From positions 1-54,016 of IMG/VR virus record IMGVR_UViG_3300042332_001412: a stretch of DNA of 54,016 nt; one strand, given 5' to 3'. This document shows positions 37,424 to 44,470 of this stretch, in pieces. Both the position numbers and the translations under genes were made by a program. A model generated the notes under the pieces. It searched no databases and had not been told where the DNA came from. It worked only from the letters and a program-made list of their open reading frames with translations. This stretch comes from a virus. Taxonomy: Duplodnaviria > Caudoviricetes. Within the stretch, counting starts at the first letter, position 1, and the number at the start of each line of letters is the position of its first letter.

Positions 37424-40400
37424 AGTACATTTTTGTTTTGAATTTCTACTGGCCAGTATTGAGACAAGTAATTGTTTTTTTGATAACTATGACTTACAAA
37501 TGTACTACCTTCAAATGGAACAAGAATACTTCCAAATAAGTAAACTTCTCCAGATTCATTAGTTCCAGAGCCATCTGCAGTAGCCTTAAATACGGTTCCT
37601 ACTCGATAGCCTTCTGGAGCACCATACTGCTTCCAATCCACATTTCCAAGTGTCTTAATTATATAGGTGATGTCAGATTCAATGAAACCAGAGTTTGAAG
37701 AATCTTCAAATGTATATGTTGTATCGAACATTTGTCTGGTACAACCTAAAAATTCAGTTTCTGTTTTATCCTTATAGTAAATAATTTCTTCTCCTAGGTA
37801 ATAATGTCTAAGAGTTTCATTTTTGGTTTCTAAATTTATTTCTTTTTTGATAATAAATTTTGGAATGATTAAATATCCAGATGAAATAAATTGACTGGTA
37901 TCATCTACTTTAATTGTATTATCTGTAGACTTTAACTCTTGAGTTAGCTTTGCATATGGAGGTTCATCCATAAATGGATTGCCTTTGTTTTTAACTGCAT
38001 TTGCAATTGTTCTACTTACTTCATTAACTCTAAAGTTCAGAACTTTTGGATATCCAGATTGATAATTTGTTCCATAAGGATCATTTGCAGTATTTGCTTC
38101 ACCATGCCAAATATATTGTGGTGCTGGTCCAGCTGCCCAAGATTTAGTACTTCCAACTGGAATGCCTGGAAGTACTGGAACTGCACCAAAAGGTTCTGCT
38201 TGTGTTGTAATACTGGTAACAAATCCATTGGAATCTTTATTTGTAACTATGAGAAGTCCATCCATTGGATTTATAGTTGGTCCAGTTTGACCTCCAGAGC
38301 TAGCATTGCCAGTCCATCTAGGAATAGACTTTAGTACAATAGTTATTCTATTTTCTTCAGTATCTGGAATTATATTGGAGTCACTAACAAAACTGAAGTC
38401 ATCAATTATGTATTCTAGTGATTTAAATCTTGGAGGAATACGATAACCAGTGAAAGTTTTATAAATTTTACCTGATTGGTCTTCTCCTTCGATAAGAGGA
38501 GGAAGATTTGGAATCGTTGTACTCTTTGGAACTGATAATTCAATAGTCTTTACGGCATTGATTAATATGTTCTGTAGAGAATTTTCGTTAGAAATGATGC
38601 GTTTATACATTTCTTCAGGAAGAACGATATTCGACATATTAAAACTTTCTTGCAGATTAGTAGTAATTCTGTTAGAAATCTCTTCTGCAGTGTATGCATC
38701 CGCACTTTTTACATCTATACACTCATCATATGATGGTTGTGTCTGTACTGGATTAAGATATTCGTTAAAAGTATCAATTTCTTGATATGGATAGTAGACT
38801 TTCGTGTAATCTGGAGTAATAGTATTGTCACATTCAACATCTTTTACGGATAACACAGTCTTATTATTGAGAATTGTCTTCTCAGAATCTACAATTTCGT
38901 TCTGTATCAGTAAGAAATTAGAACTTTTTAGCTTTGGAACCCACTTTTCGATCTCATCTTTGTCTGCAGGTCGCTGAAAATTGGTCCAAAAGATGCTATT
39001 GATCTCATATGCTTCATTATTTCCAGGACTTACGCACAAAAACTTCTCTTTTATACGAAAAGATCCGTCATTTAGTATCACATTCCCCAAAATATACTTT
39101 CCAGTAGCATCTTCAAGAGCGGAAGGCTCACAAAATGTATCTCTAGAATAGAATAATGGAGTATAAGTGTAGAATTTTTTGTCATTACTGATATAAACTC
39201 CGCAAACTGCGGAGCGATCTATAATTCCTTTGCCTGCAACAACCTTAATTCTGTTGCTGCCAAGAACTGCTTGACCTTGAACTCTAGTTACAGACCACCC
39301 ACGAACATATCCATTGTCTCTATTATCAAGTCTTCTAAACCAAACTCTAAAAGTTTTAGTATTTACGATGTCTATTTCAGAGACAAATGATTTTCTATTG
39401 ACTCCAGACGCAGTTTGATCATCTGTAATGGAGATCTGAATGTCATTTTTACTTGTAATTGTAGTTCCATCTAAGAAAGTTACTTCATAGTGCTTTCTAT
39501 TTGTGCTATCATCACTTCCACCAGAGTCATTTTGGCGTTTTGCTACAACTTTAATATCCTTGCTTGTGGTCAATTGTATGTTTTTGTTTTTATCATCATC
39601 AAAAACATGATAAATCGTACTTGTATACTGGGGTGTTGAAGGAATATTTTTTGCATAGTATGCATCCTTCGCAAAGTTTGCACTGCCTCCACTGATCTCA
39701 GCATAGCAAAGAATCTGATTTGAGATATTATTGACAAGATCTGTTTTTGTAAAAGCTACATTACGAACTTTTCTTCTATTTTTGTACTTTAATGGTCTAG
39801 ACAAAAAGATCTTTAGTCCTTGAATGTTTTCAACTACAGTATCAGGTTGAATGCCATAACCAGATACTTTATCTCCAATGTTAATAATTCTATCTTCGGC
39901 ACCATTATTATTGTTTACAAAGATGAAACCTGGAGTTTTGTTTTTATCTGATACTTTAGATACTCTTCTTCGTACTGTTTCGGTGGTGCGAACAGACTTT
40001 TCATTTAGATATTCTGAGTTATAGTTTACAACTTTATCAACAGTCCATCCATTGATAACATCACCAACAGCAATCATTTGTTTGTTGGTGGTATTTTCAT
40101 AGAAGAAAAAGATCTTATTATCAGTTGTGCCACCATGATACACAATGGCACCTTCTGGAACTCCTGTAACTTGACTATCAACTCTTGCTAGGTTTAAAGT
40201 ACCAGATACATCAACACTTTCAACTGCATAAGTTGGACATGAAACTTCACCACCTTCACTATTGGGCGGAGGAGGGGGAGGGGTAACTACAGTAATTCCT
40301 CCAGCTGGCCTAGAAGGTAAAGTATGACTTAATGGCCATTCAAAAATATGATAGAAGTATTGCTCATCATAAGATGCATCAGCTTTACAATATCTTCTAT

Positions 40401-40743
40401 AAACTGGACGAGATGTAATTAGGTCATCACTAGAGTTTACAATCTCGTATTCCTGTTGATAATAAATGGTATCAATAAAGTTTACAACATCTCCGTTGGC
40501 GTTCTCTGGATTGTTTAAATCTGGAACCTGAATTATGGACTTCTTTAGTTTCTCTTGCTTAGTTCCATTTATAATGGTCTTTCGGCCTTGATCAGGTGGC
40601 CTAACTTCAAACCAATATTTATCTATATACTCAAACTCCAGAGTAATTTTGGCTGGAAGCCCTTCCTCTGGAGGAGGACATTCATCATAAGTAAAAGTTA
40701 TTTTTCCATCAATAGGATCTTTTTTAGCACTACAATTTGACAT
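37420..40743 (-). CDS. Large hypothetical protein, probably tail/baseplate-associated (1107 aa)
   Basis: ATGA overlap with PAAR. Its C-terminal module (AKLTQELKSTDNTIKVDDTSQF..GY...EIIYYKDKT..FLGCTR) is shared with gp7. Confidence 0.75.
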   Translation of the reverse strand: MSNCSAKKDPIDGKITFTYDECPPPEEGLPAKITLEFEYIDKYWFEVRPPDQGRKTIINGTKQEKLKKSIIQVPDLNNPENANGDVVNFIDTIYYQQEYEIVNSSDDLITSRPVYRRYCKADASYDEQYFYHIFEWPLSHTLPSRPAGGITVVTPPPPPPNSEGGEVSCPTYAVESVDVSGTLNLARVDSQVTGVPEGAIVYHGGTTDNKIFFFYENTTNKQMIAVGDVINGWTVDKVVNYNSEYLNEKSVRTTETVRRRVSKVSDKNKTPGFIFVNNNNGAEDRIINIGDKVSGYGIQPDTVVENIQGLKIFLSRPLKYKNRRKVRNVAFTKTDLVNNISNQILCYAEISGGSANFAKDAYYAKNIPSTPQYTSTIYHVFDDDKNKNIQLTTSKDIKVVAKRQNDSGGSDDSTNRKHYEVTFLDGTTITSKNDIQISITDDQTASGVNRKSFVSEIDIVNTKTFRVWFRRLDNRDNGYVRGWSVTRVQGQAVLGSNRIKVVAGKGIIDRSAVCGVYISNDKKFYTYTPLFYSRDTFCEPSALEDATGKYILGNVILNDGSFRIKEKFLCVSPGNNEAYEINSIFWTNFQRPADKDEIEKWVPKLKSSNFLLIQNEIVDSEKTILNNKTVLSVKDVECDNTITPDYTKVYYPYQEIDTFNEYLNPVQTQPSYDECIDVKSADAYTAEEISNRITTNLQESFNMSNIVLPEEMYKRIISNENSLQNILINAVKTIELSVPKSTTIPNLPPLIEGEDQSGKIYKTFTGYRIPPRFKSLEYIIDDFSFVSDSNIIPDTEENRITIVLKSIPRWTGNASSGGQTGPTINPMDGLLIVTNKDSNGFVTSITTQAEPFGAVPVLPGIPVGSTKSWAAGPAPQYIWHGEANTANDPYGTNYQSGYPKVLNFRVNEVSRTIANAVKNKGNPFMDEPPYAKLTQELKSTDNTIKVDDTSQFISSGYLIIPKFIIKKEINLETKNETLRHYYLGEEIIYYKDKTETEFLGCTRQMFDTTYTFEDSSNSGFIESDITYIIKTLGNVDWKQYGAPEGYRVGTVFKATADGSGTNESGEVYLFGSILVPFEGSTFVSHSYQKNNYLSQYWPVEIQNKNVL

Positions 40744-40766
40744 ATTAATAAGAACGGATAAAGCTT

Positions 40767-40949
40767 TTAGTCTCCTACTTTATGTATGCGAATGCCAGGA
40801 GTATCGTGATGATCAAAGTACTCAAACTCTAAAGTGTCTCCCTCAATCCATTGCATCTCATCGAGGATCTCATCGGGGAAAGTAATGAAATATTCACCAG
40901 ATTTATTATCGTACTGTACTTCTGTGGTAAACGAAGAAAATGTAGACAT
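40767..40949 (-). CDS. Small AbrB/SpoVT-like protein
   Basis: EYFITFPDEILDEMQWIEGDTLEF matches the swapped-hairpin pattern I-x-x-P-x-x-I-x-x-x-x-x-x-x-EGD-x-L. Confidence 0.6.
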   Translation of the reverse strand: MSTFSSFTTEVQYDNKSGEYFITFPDEILDEMQWIEGDTLEFEYFDHHDTPGIRIHKVGD

Positions 40950-40976
40950 AGTTTGTATAATAGTTTACAGTATATA

Positions 40977-41102
40977 TCAATGTTTTTCAGAAATTTTTTT
41001 CTGGAAAAATTTTTCTGAGATTATTTGAAGTGTCTCTGAAAGACATAGGGCAATGTATGAAAATTGCTCTCGGAGACTTGTGTTTGTTGGGAGGGGGGTC
41101 AT
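40977..41102 (-). CDS. Possible small hypothetical protein (41 aa, MTPLPTNTSLREQFSYIALCL...)
   Basis: The C-terminal part of track ORF 40977-41333, read from the internal ATG at 41102; the upstream part of that ORF runs through regulatory repeats. Confidence 0.35.
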   Translation of the reverse strand: MTPLPTNTSLREQFSYIALCLSETLQIISEKFFQKKISEKH

Positions 41103-41233
41103 ATGGAGGGTGGTGGAGAGGCTTGGAGGGTGGTGGAAATTTTTTGAGTTGATTGAATATCTCTCTGGCTCGTTTGGTGCGGTATAGCTTTGAGGGACCC
41201 AACGATTTTCACGGCCCGGCGGGCCGGCGACCC

Positions 41234-41347
41234 ATAAGGCCCGCTTATACTGCCCTGCCCGACTGATCAGGACTGCTGATGGATCAGGAATGCTGATCTG
41301 TCTTGCCACTGGCTGATAAGCACTGCTGATCAATCAGGATTGCTGAT
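41234..41347. repeat. Cluster of five AT(A/C)AG-N5-CT(T/G)AT dyads
   Basis: Copies at 41234-48, 41266-80, 41283-97, 41316-30 and 41333-47; the last four form two pairs with 17-nt offset and 50-nt period. Confidence 0.85.
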
Positions 41348-41351
41348 GGAA

Positions 41352-41367
41352 GGGGGCCGAAGCCCCC
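41352..41367 (-). terminator. GC hairpin with a C(UUCG)G tetraloop downstream of the last early gene
   Basis: Minus strand GGGGGC-TTCG-GCCCCC; the U-tail is short (TTCC). Confidence 0.55.
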
Positions 41368-41378
41368 CTGGCTGCTGA

Positions 41379-41576
41379 TCACCAGCCTGTTTTTACTCGT
41401 TTGCCTGTCCAACTGGCAGCAGTAGCGTACTCAACAGCGAAGCGGTCAACATCCCACATGTTGGCCTTGGCCCGCTCAGCCGCACAGCGTGCCAGGTTGA
41501 TCTGATCAAACAAGTTAAGCTTTTTAGGTGCCCGATACAGGGTGCCAGCGGCTGAACAGATGGTGTGGTCGGTCAT
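41379..41576 (-). CDS. Hypothetical early protein (65 aa)
   Basis: Track ORF with a C/A-rich leader (CAACCACACCACACCAGCACCATG), bounded by hairpins on both sides. Confidence 0.7.
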   Translation of the reverse strand: MTDHTICSAAGTLYRAPKKLNLFDQINLARCAAERAKANMWDVDRFAVEYATAASWTGKRVKTGW

Positions 41577-41611
41577 GGTGCTGGTGTGGTGTGGTTGATC
41601 GGTGGAGGGAA

Positions 41612-41633
41612 GGGGCAGCCGTCAAGCTGCCCC
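41612..41633. other. Intergenic GC hairpin GGGGCAGC-N6-GCTGCCCC
   Basis: Perfect 8-bp stem between two early ORFs. Confidence 0.6.
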
Positions 41634-41640
41634 GTAGGGG

Positions 41641-41964
41641 TCAGACCGTGGCGTTGCGATCCTGGCTCCAATCCCGAAGCCTGCGAGTGCTGGCCTTGCT
41701 GAACACTCGGTTCCCGATGGTGCGGCCATCAGCCAGGGTGATTACAGAGCGCCCAGCGGCGTCAGCCGCTACCTGGAGGGCCTGGCGGCCCAAGCGGCGC
41801 TCAGCAGGCAGAGCGGTGGGGCTCTCCCACAGATCCAGCAGCCATTGGGCACGGTGGCGGCCAACCACACACTGGTGGCGGATGGTGACCTTGGCCACCG
41901 CAACGGCAACAGCGGTGGGGATGCTGGTACGGGTGAGGCGGTCAGAGCGGTTGGGGTTTGCCAT
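41641..41964 (-). CDS. Hypothetical basic early protein (probable start MANPNRSDRL, 107 aa)
   Basis: Track ORF 41641-42018. The internal ATG at 41964 is preferred because a -10 (TACAAT, 42007-12) lies downstream of the track start and AGGA precedes this ATG. Confidence 0.65.
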   Translation of the reverse strand: MANPNRSDRLTRTSIPTAVAVAVAKVTIRHQCVVGRHRAQWLLDLWESPTALPAERRLGRQALQVAADAAGRSVITLADGRTIGNRVFSKASTRRLRDWSQDRNATV

Positions 41965-42006
41965 GTTCCTGGTGGTGTGCGGGGTCCGTTTGCCCCGCTT
42001 GAAAGA

Positions 42007-42067
42007 ATTGTAGGCCATAGGGGGACCCTGGCTATGGGTCAGGCCCCGGATTGTTGCAAAGCTTAAT
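42007..42067 (-). promoter_or_regulatory. Class A early promoter: HLR1-like repeat, 39-nt spacer, -10 TACAAT
   Basis: ATTAAGCT-TT-GCAACAAT (42050-67); its TTAAGCTTTGCAACA core is identical to the copy at 42892-42906. Confidence 0.55.
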
Positions 42068-42069
42068 CT

Positions 42070-42828
42070 CTACACTTTGGCAGAGAGAATCGGCTGCAGT
42101 TCTTTACGATAGCCTCCGAACTTGCCAGCCTTGCGGCGTGCCCACAATGCTTTGCCGTAGGTTGAACCTTTAGGCTGGGTTGAATGCACAAGCAAAGCAA
42201 ACGGATTGTCACCGAAACAGTGGCTATCATCGTGATCAACCTCTAGGCCCAGAGCCTCAGCTTCCTCGTCATTGTGAACCACTTTACTATAGCGAGGGAA
42301 CAAACCTTCGTCGATCATGTGATCGAACTTGCCCCCATAGCTGGCGGTCATGTAGAAGTTAGAAGGCAACTCCAAACCTACAAACAGCGGCAGGTTCTTG
42401 CTGTAGCAGTAGAACTTAAGGTCGGGATTCAGCTTGGCAACCTCTAGCCAAGCAAGCAGATAAGCGAGGCTAAAGAAATCACCAGACTCGTGTATTCTCA
42501 CCAGCTCGATCCTTTTAGTGCGAGCATTCTGCAGGCTGGTGTTGATCAGCTCCACTGCAGTGCTGGCTTTGATCGCATCCACGATCAGCTGCAGGTTCCG
42601 AGCCCGAGCATAGAAAGGGCCATCGTATTGTGCCTCGCTGGTGGCAGCAAAGCACCGAAACTGGGTCTGTGGGCCGTCTTGAATGTGGCGCTTGCCGTTC
42701 TCACCAACAACAGCAAAGCTCAGGCAGAAAAGGGCACCGGGACAGGTCTTGCCTGCCGGCAAATTAAAGATCAGGGTTTGCTTGCCAAGCTTGGCGTTGC
42801 CGGTGGAGAAGGTCAGCAGATCAGACAT
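42070..42828 (-). CDS. GP88-family protein (Cys-containing, radical-SAM-like)
   Basis: GNAKL, FNLPAGKTCPGALFC, CFAA, RIHESGDFFS and FYCYSK motifs. Confidence 0.8.
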   Translation of the reverse strand: MSDLLTFSTGNAKLGKQTLIFNLPAGKTCPGALFCLSFAVVGENGKRHIQDGPQTQFRCFAATSEAQYDGPFYARARNLQLIVDAIKASTAVELINTSLQNARTKRIELVRIHESGDFFSLAYLLAWLEVAKLNPDLKFYCYSKNLPLFVGLELPSNFYMTASYGGKFDHMIDEGLFPRYSKVVHNDEEAEALGLEVDHDDSHCFGDNPFALLVHSTQPKGSTYGKALWARRKAGKFGGYRKELQPILSAKV

Positions 42829-42855
42829 GGGTCTGTGTCGGTTGGGGACTTGAGA

Positions 42856-42907
42856 ATCTTAGCAGGTGGGAAGGGCCAGGCTGGCTGGCCCTGTTGCAAA
42901 GCTTAAC
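42856..42907 (-). promoter_or_regulatory. Class A early promoter: HLR1-like repeat, 30-nt hairpin spacer, extended -10 TGcTAAGAT
   Basis: GTTAAGCT-TT-GCAACA, then exactly 30 nt to TAAGAT (42856-61). The 22-nt block at 42873-94 is identical to 43167-88. Confidence 0.65.
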
Positions 42908-42909
42908 GA

Positions 42910-43131
42910 TCAGGGTTCCATCAGCACTCGGCTAAAGGTCCAACCTATGGGCAGGTTGATAGAGCACCACTGCTCCGCCGCCCACTCTATGGTGGCATCG
43001 AAATCCTCATCGAGATCCTCAGGATCAACCTCAAGCTCAACCCAGAGGCTCCCGTTAGGGATCCAGCTTGTGCTGTCACGATCCGTGAAACACTCTAGGC
43101 AAACCTCGACAGTGGTGGTGGCCATGGCCAT
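42910..43131 (-). CDS. Small acidic hypothetical early protein (73 aa)
   Basis: Track ORF with its own promoter cassette; acidic stretch ELEVDPEDLDEDFD. Confidence 0.7.
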   Translation of the reverse strand: MAMATTTVEVCLECFTDRDSTSWIPNGSLWVELEVDPEDLDEDFDATIEWAAEQWCSINLPIGWTFSRVLMEP

Positions 43132-43149
43132 TCCGTTTGGGACCCCTTA

Positions 43150-43201
43150 ATCATACAGCACCGGATGGGCCAGGCTGGCTGGCCCTGTAACAACTTGAAA
43201 T
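43150..43201 (-). promoter_or_regulatory. Class A early promoter: HLR1-like repeat, 30-nt spacer, -10 TATGAT
   Basis: ATTTCAAG-TT-GTTACA, then exactly 30 nt to TATGAT (43150-55). Confidence 0.65.
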
Positions 43202-43203
43202 AA

Positions 43204-43368
43204 TTATATTTTCTTCAGGCAATTGTCGATAAAGGCAAACAGCTCGCCCAGATCTATGCTACAATGAACCCAGCGAACAGCAGAGCCATATTCAGCCAAG
43301 AATTCATCAGCAACTAAACATCCAGCAGCAAAGTCTAGGGCCTGGGTGTATGTCAGGGTCGGGTTCAT
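43204..43368 (-). CDS. Small hypothetical early protein (54 aa)
   Basis: Not in the track: MNPTLTYTQALDFAAGCLVADEFLAEYGSAVRWVHCSIDLGELFAFIDNCLKKI; it fills the gap between two promoter cassettes and has the leader CAACCACACCAATG. Confidence 0.7.
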   Translation of the reverse strand: MNPTLTYTQALDFAAGCLVADEFLAEYGSAVRWVHCSIDLGELFAFIDNCLKKI

Positions 43369-43392
43369 TGGTGTGGTTGCAAGTGCCTGTTG

Positions 43393-43444
43393 ATCCTACA
43401 GCAATGGGTGAGCCCGAAGACTCACCCATGTAACATTATGTAAT
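43393..43444 (-). promoter_or_regulatory. Class A early promoter: near-consensus HLR1 repeat, 30-nt UUCG-hairpin spacer, -10 TAGGAT
   Basis: ATTACATA-AT-GTTACATG (43427-44); the spacer is TGGGTGAGTC-TTCG-GGCTCACCCA; the -10 is at 43393-98. Confidence 0.7.
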
Positions 43445-43446
43445 AT

Positions 43447-43641
43447 CTACATCTCCAGCTGCCAATCCTGGTCTTTAAGTATATTTACCCAGAAAAAGTT
43501 TCGTCCATTCATACTACGCAGGAACAATCTATCACCTACATGTTGCTCAACAATACAATGTTCGCATGATTCCATTAGATTAGCGAACCTGTTTTTGGCC
43601 TTTTTGGAAATAGGCTTGACGGTGATTGTGGTGTTAATCAT
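43447..43641 (-). CDS. Hypothetical early protein (64 aa)
   Basis: VKPISKKAKNRFANLM...VEQ...FFWV; extended -10 TGcTAAAAT at 43671-79 upstream. Confidence 0.8.
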   Translation of the reverse strand: MINTTITVKPISKKAKNRFANLMESCEHCIVEQHVGDRLFLRSMNGRNFFWVNILKDQDWQLEM

Positions 43642-43726
43642 GACATGTTAGAGTAATTTTCTCTTCACTGATTTTAGCACAGTGAGAAAGGCCAGAACGA
43701 ACAGAAGCTCAATTGTCACAATCTGT

Positions 43727-43778
43727 TATAGTTAATAATTTGGTGGGGAGTTGCCTCCCCGTGTATAGTTAATAATTT
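43727..43778. repeat. 15-bp direct repeats TATAGTTAATAATTT flanking a GNRA hairpin
   Basis: Repeats at 43727-41 and 43764-78; the hairpin at 43745-60 reads GGGGAG-GCAA-CTCCCC on the minus strand. Confidence 0.8.
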
Positions 43779-44040
43779 AGACGGTAACAGTTACTAATTC
43801 TTCAGTCTTTCGGCCATCAGCAATGGTAGAACCAATGCTAACATCTTTCAGCATCTGATCATTAGTAAGCAAATCACTCAGGAATTGTGCATAAGACTCA
43901 CTACATGTGAATGCATATGCTTTGTCTACATTACTGTGATAAGTGATAATAATATCAGTATTGTCTACAGTAATGGAATGAATAGCACTGGACTGTTCTT
44001 TAGTAAACTGACGGTGAACAGGAGAGATTGCAACGGTCAT
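43777..44040 (-). CDS. Hypothetical early protein, weakly KTSC-like (probable start MTVAISP, 87 aa)
   Basis: The track start at 44100 is the TTG of the -35 box, so the ATG at 44040 is preferred; SSAIHSI...Y.F...SIG pattern. Confidence 0.7.
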   Translation of the reverse strand: MTVAISPVHRQFTKEQSSAIHSITVDNTDIIITYHSNVDKAYAFTCSESYAQFLSDLLTNDQMLKDVSIGSTIADGRKTEELVTVTV

Positions 44041-44070
44041 GGTGTTCTGTGTGTTGTGTGTACAGTTAAT

Positions 44071-44129
44071 AATGTAGCTGGTAGGGGCTGAGGTTGTCAA
44101 CCCCTTTGGGCCAGTTTCAGAATTGGATC
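44071..44129 (-). promoter_or_regulatory. Class B early promoter: palindrome, then TTGACA-N18-TACATT
   Basis: GATCCAATTCTGAAACTGGCCCAAAGGGG-TTGACA(44095-100)...TACATT(44071-76); near-duplicate of 44413-44470. Confidence 0.75.
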
Positions 44130-44251
44130 TCGTCTAGAGTTGGCTCTGCAGAGTTTGTATCATCATCTGCAGTCAACATGTCCAGAATCGAGAGAATCTC
44201 ATTGCCAGTTTGGCCCTTGCGAAGCATTGAAATTAGAACTGCTGTAGACAT
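44117..44251 (-). CDS. Small hypothetical early protein (44 aa)
   Basis: Not in the track: MSTAVLISMLRKGQTGNEILSILDMLTADDDTNSAEPTLDEIQF. Confidence 0.7.
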   Translation of the reverse strand: MSTAVLISMLRKGQTGNEILSILDMLTADDDTNSAEPTLDEIQF

Positions 44252-44256
44252 AATAA

Positions 44257-44391
44257 TCAATAATCGTAGTTGGAGTTAATGAAAGCAACAAAATGTTGCT
44301 GGGCTTCGGCATCATCATCAGCAGGAATTAGCATATCATCCTGCCAATCATAAACCTCAGCTTCAAGTTCGACGAAATCGTAGGTGTCCAT
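44257..44391 (-). CDS. Very acidic small early protein (44 aa)
   Basis: Not in the track: MDTYDFVELEAEVYDWQDDMLIPADDDAEAQQHFVAFINSNYDY (13 D/E, no K/R), directly downstream of a promoter. Confidence 0.7.
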   Translation of the reverse strand: MDTYDFVELEAEVYDWQDDMLIPADDDAEAQQHFVAFINSNYDY

Positions 44392-44412
44392 GGTTCAGTA
44401 GTGAACATTGAT

Positions 44413-44470
44413 AATGTAGCTGGTAGGGGTTGGACTTGTCAACCCCTTTGGGCCGGTTTCGGAACTGTCA
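44413..44470 (-). promoter_or_regulatory. Class B early promoter: palindrome, then TTGACA-N18-TACATT
   Basis: TGACAGTTCCGAAACCGGCCCAAAGGGG-TTGACA(44437-42)...TACATT(44413-18). Confidence 0.75.

Noticed and set aside
589-40740. Numerous plus-strand track ORFs, and short minus-strand ORFs nested inside long genes, across the structural cluster
   Set aside because: They are antisense or alternate-frame shadows of well-supported minus-strand structural genes and have no recognisable motifs.
41103-41333. N-terminal part of track ORF 40977-41333, and ORF 40987-41202
   Set aside because: They run through the dyad array and low-complexity junction and give implausible Pro-rich translations.
41266-41347. 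Possible CRISPR mini-array
   Set aside because: The repeats are 15 bp with gaps of 2-18 nt, there are no spacer-sized unique segments, and there are no cas genes.
41620-41625. TTGACG in a hairpin loop as a -35
   Set aside because: There is no -10 at the proper spacing.
41528-43150. Plus-strand ORFs in the G+C-rich segment (161, 138, 94, 73 and 60 aa)
   Set aside because: High G+C reduces stop codons. They cross promoter cassettes and overlap minus-strand genes that have their own promoters and leaders.
43430-43443. NtcA site (GTA-N8-TAA, one mismatch)
   Set aside because: The distance to the -10 is about 31 nt rather than the roughly 22 nt of canonical NtcA-activated promoters, and the sister copies fit a direct repeat better. 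It is not fully excluded.
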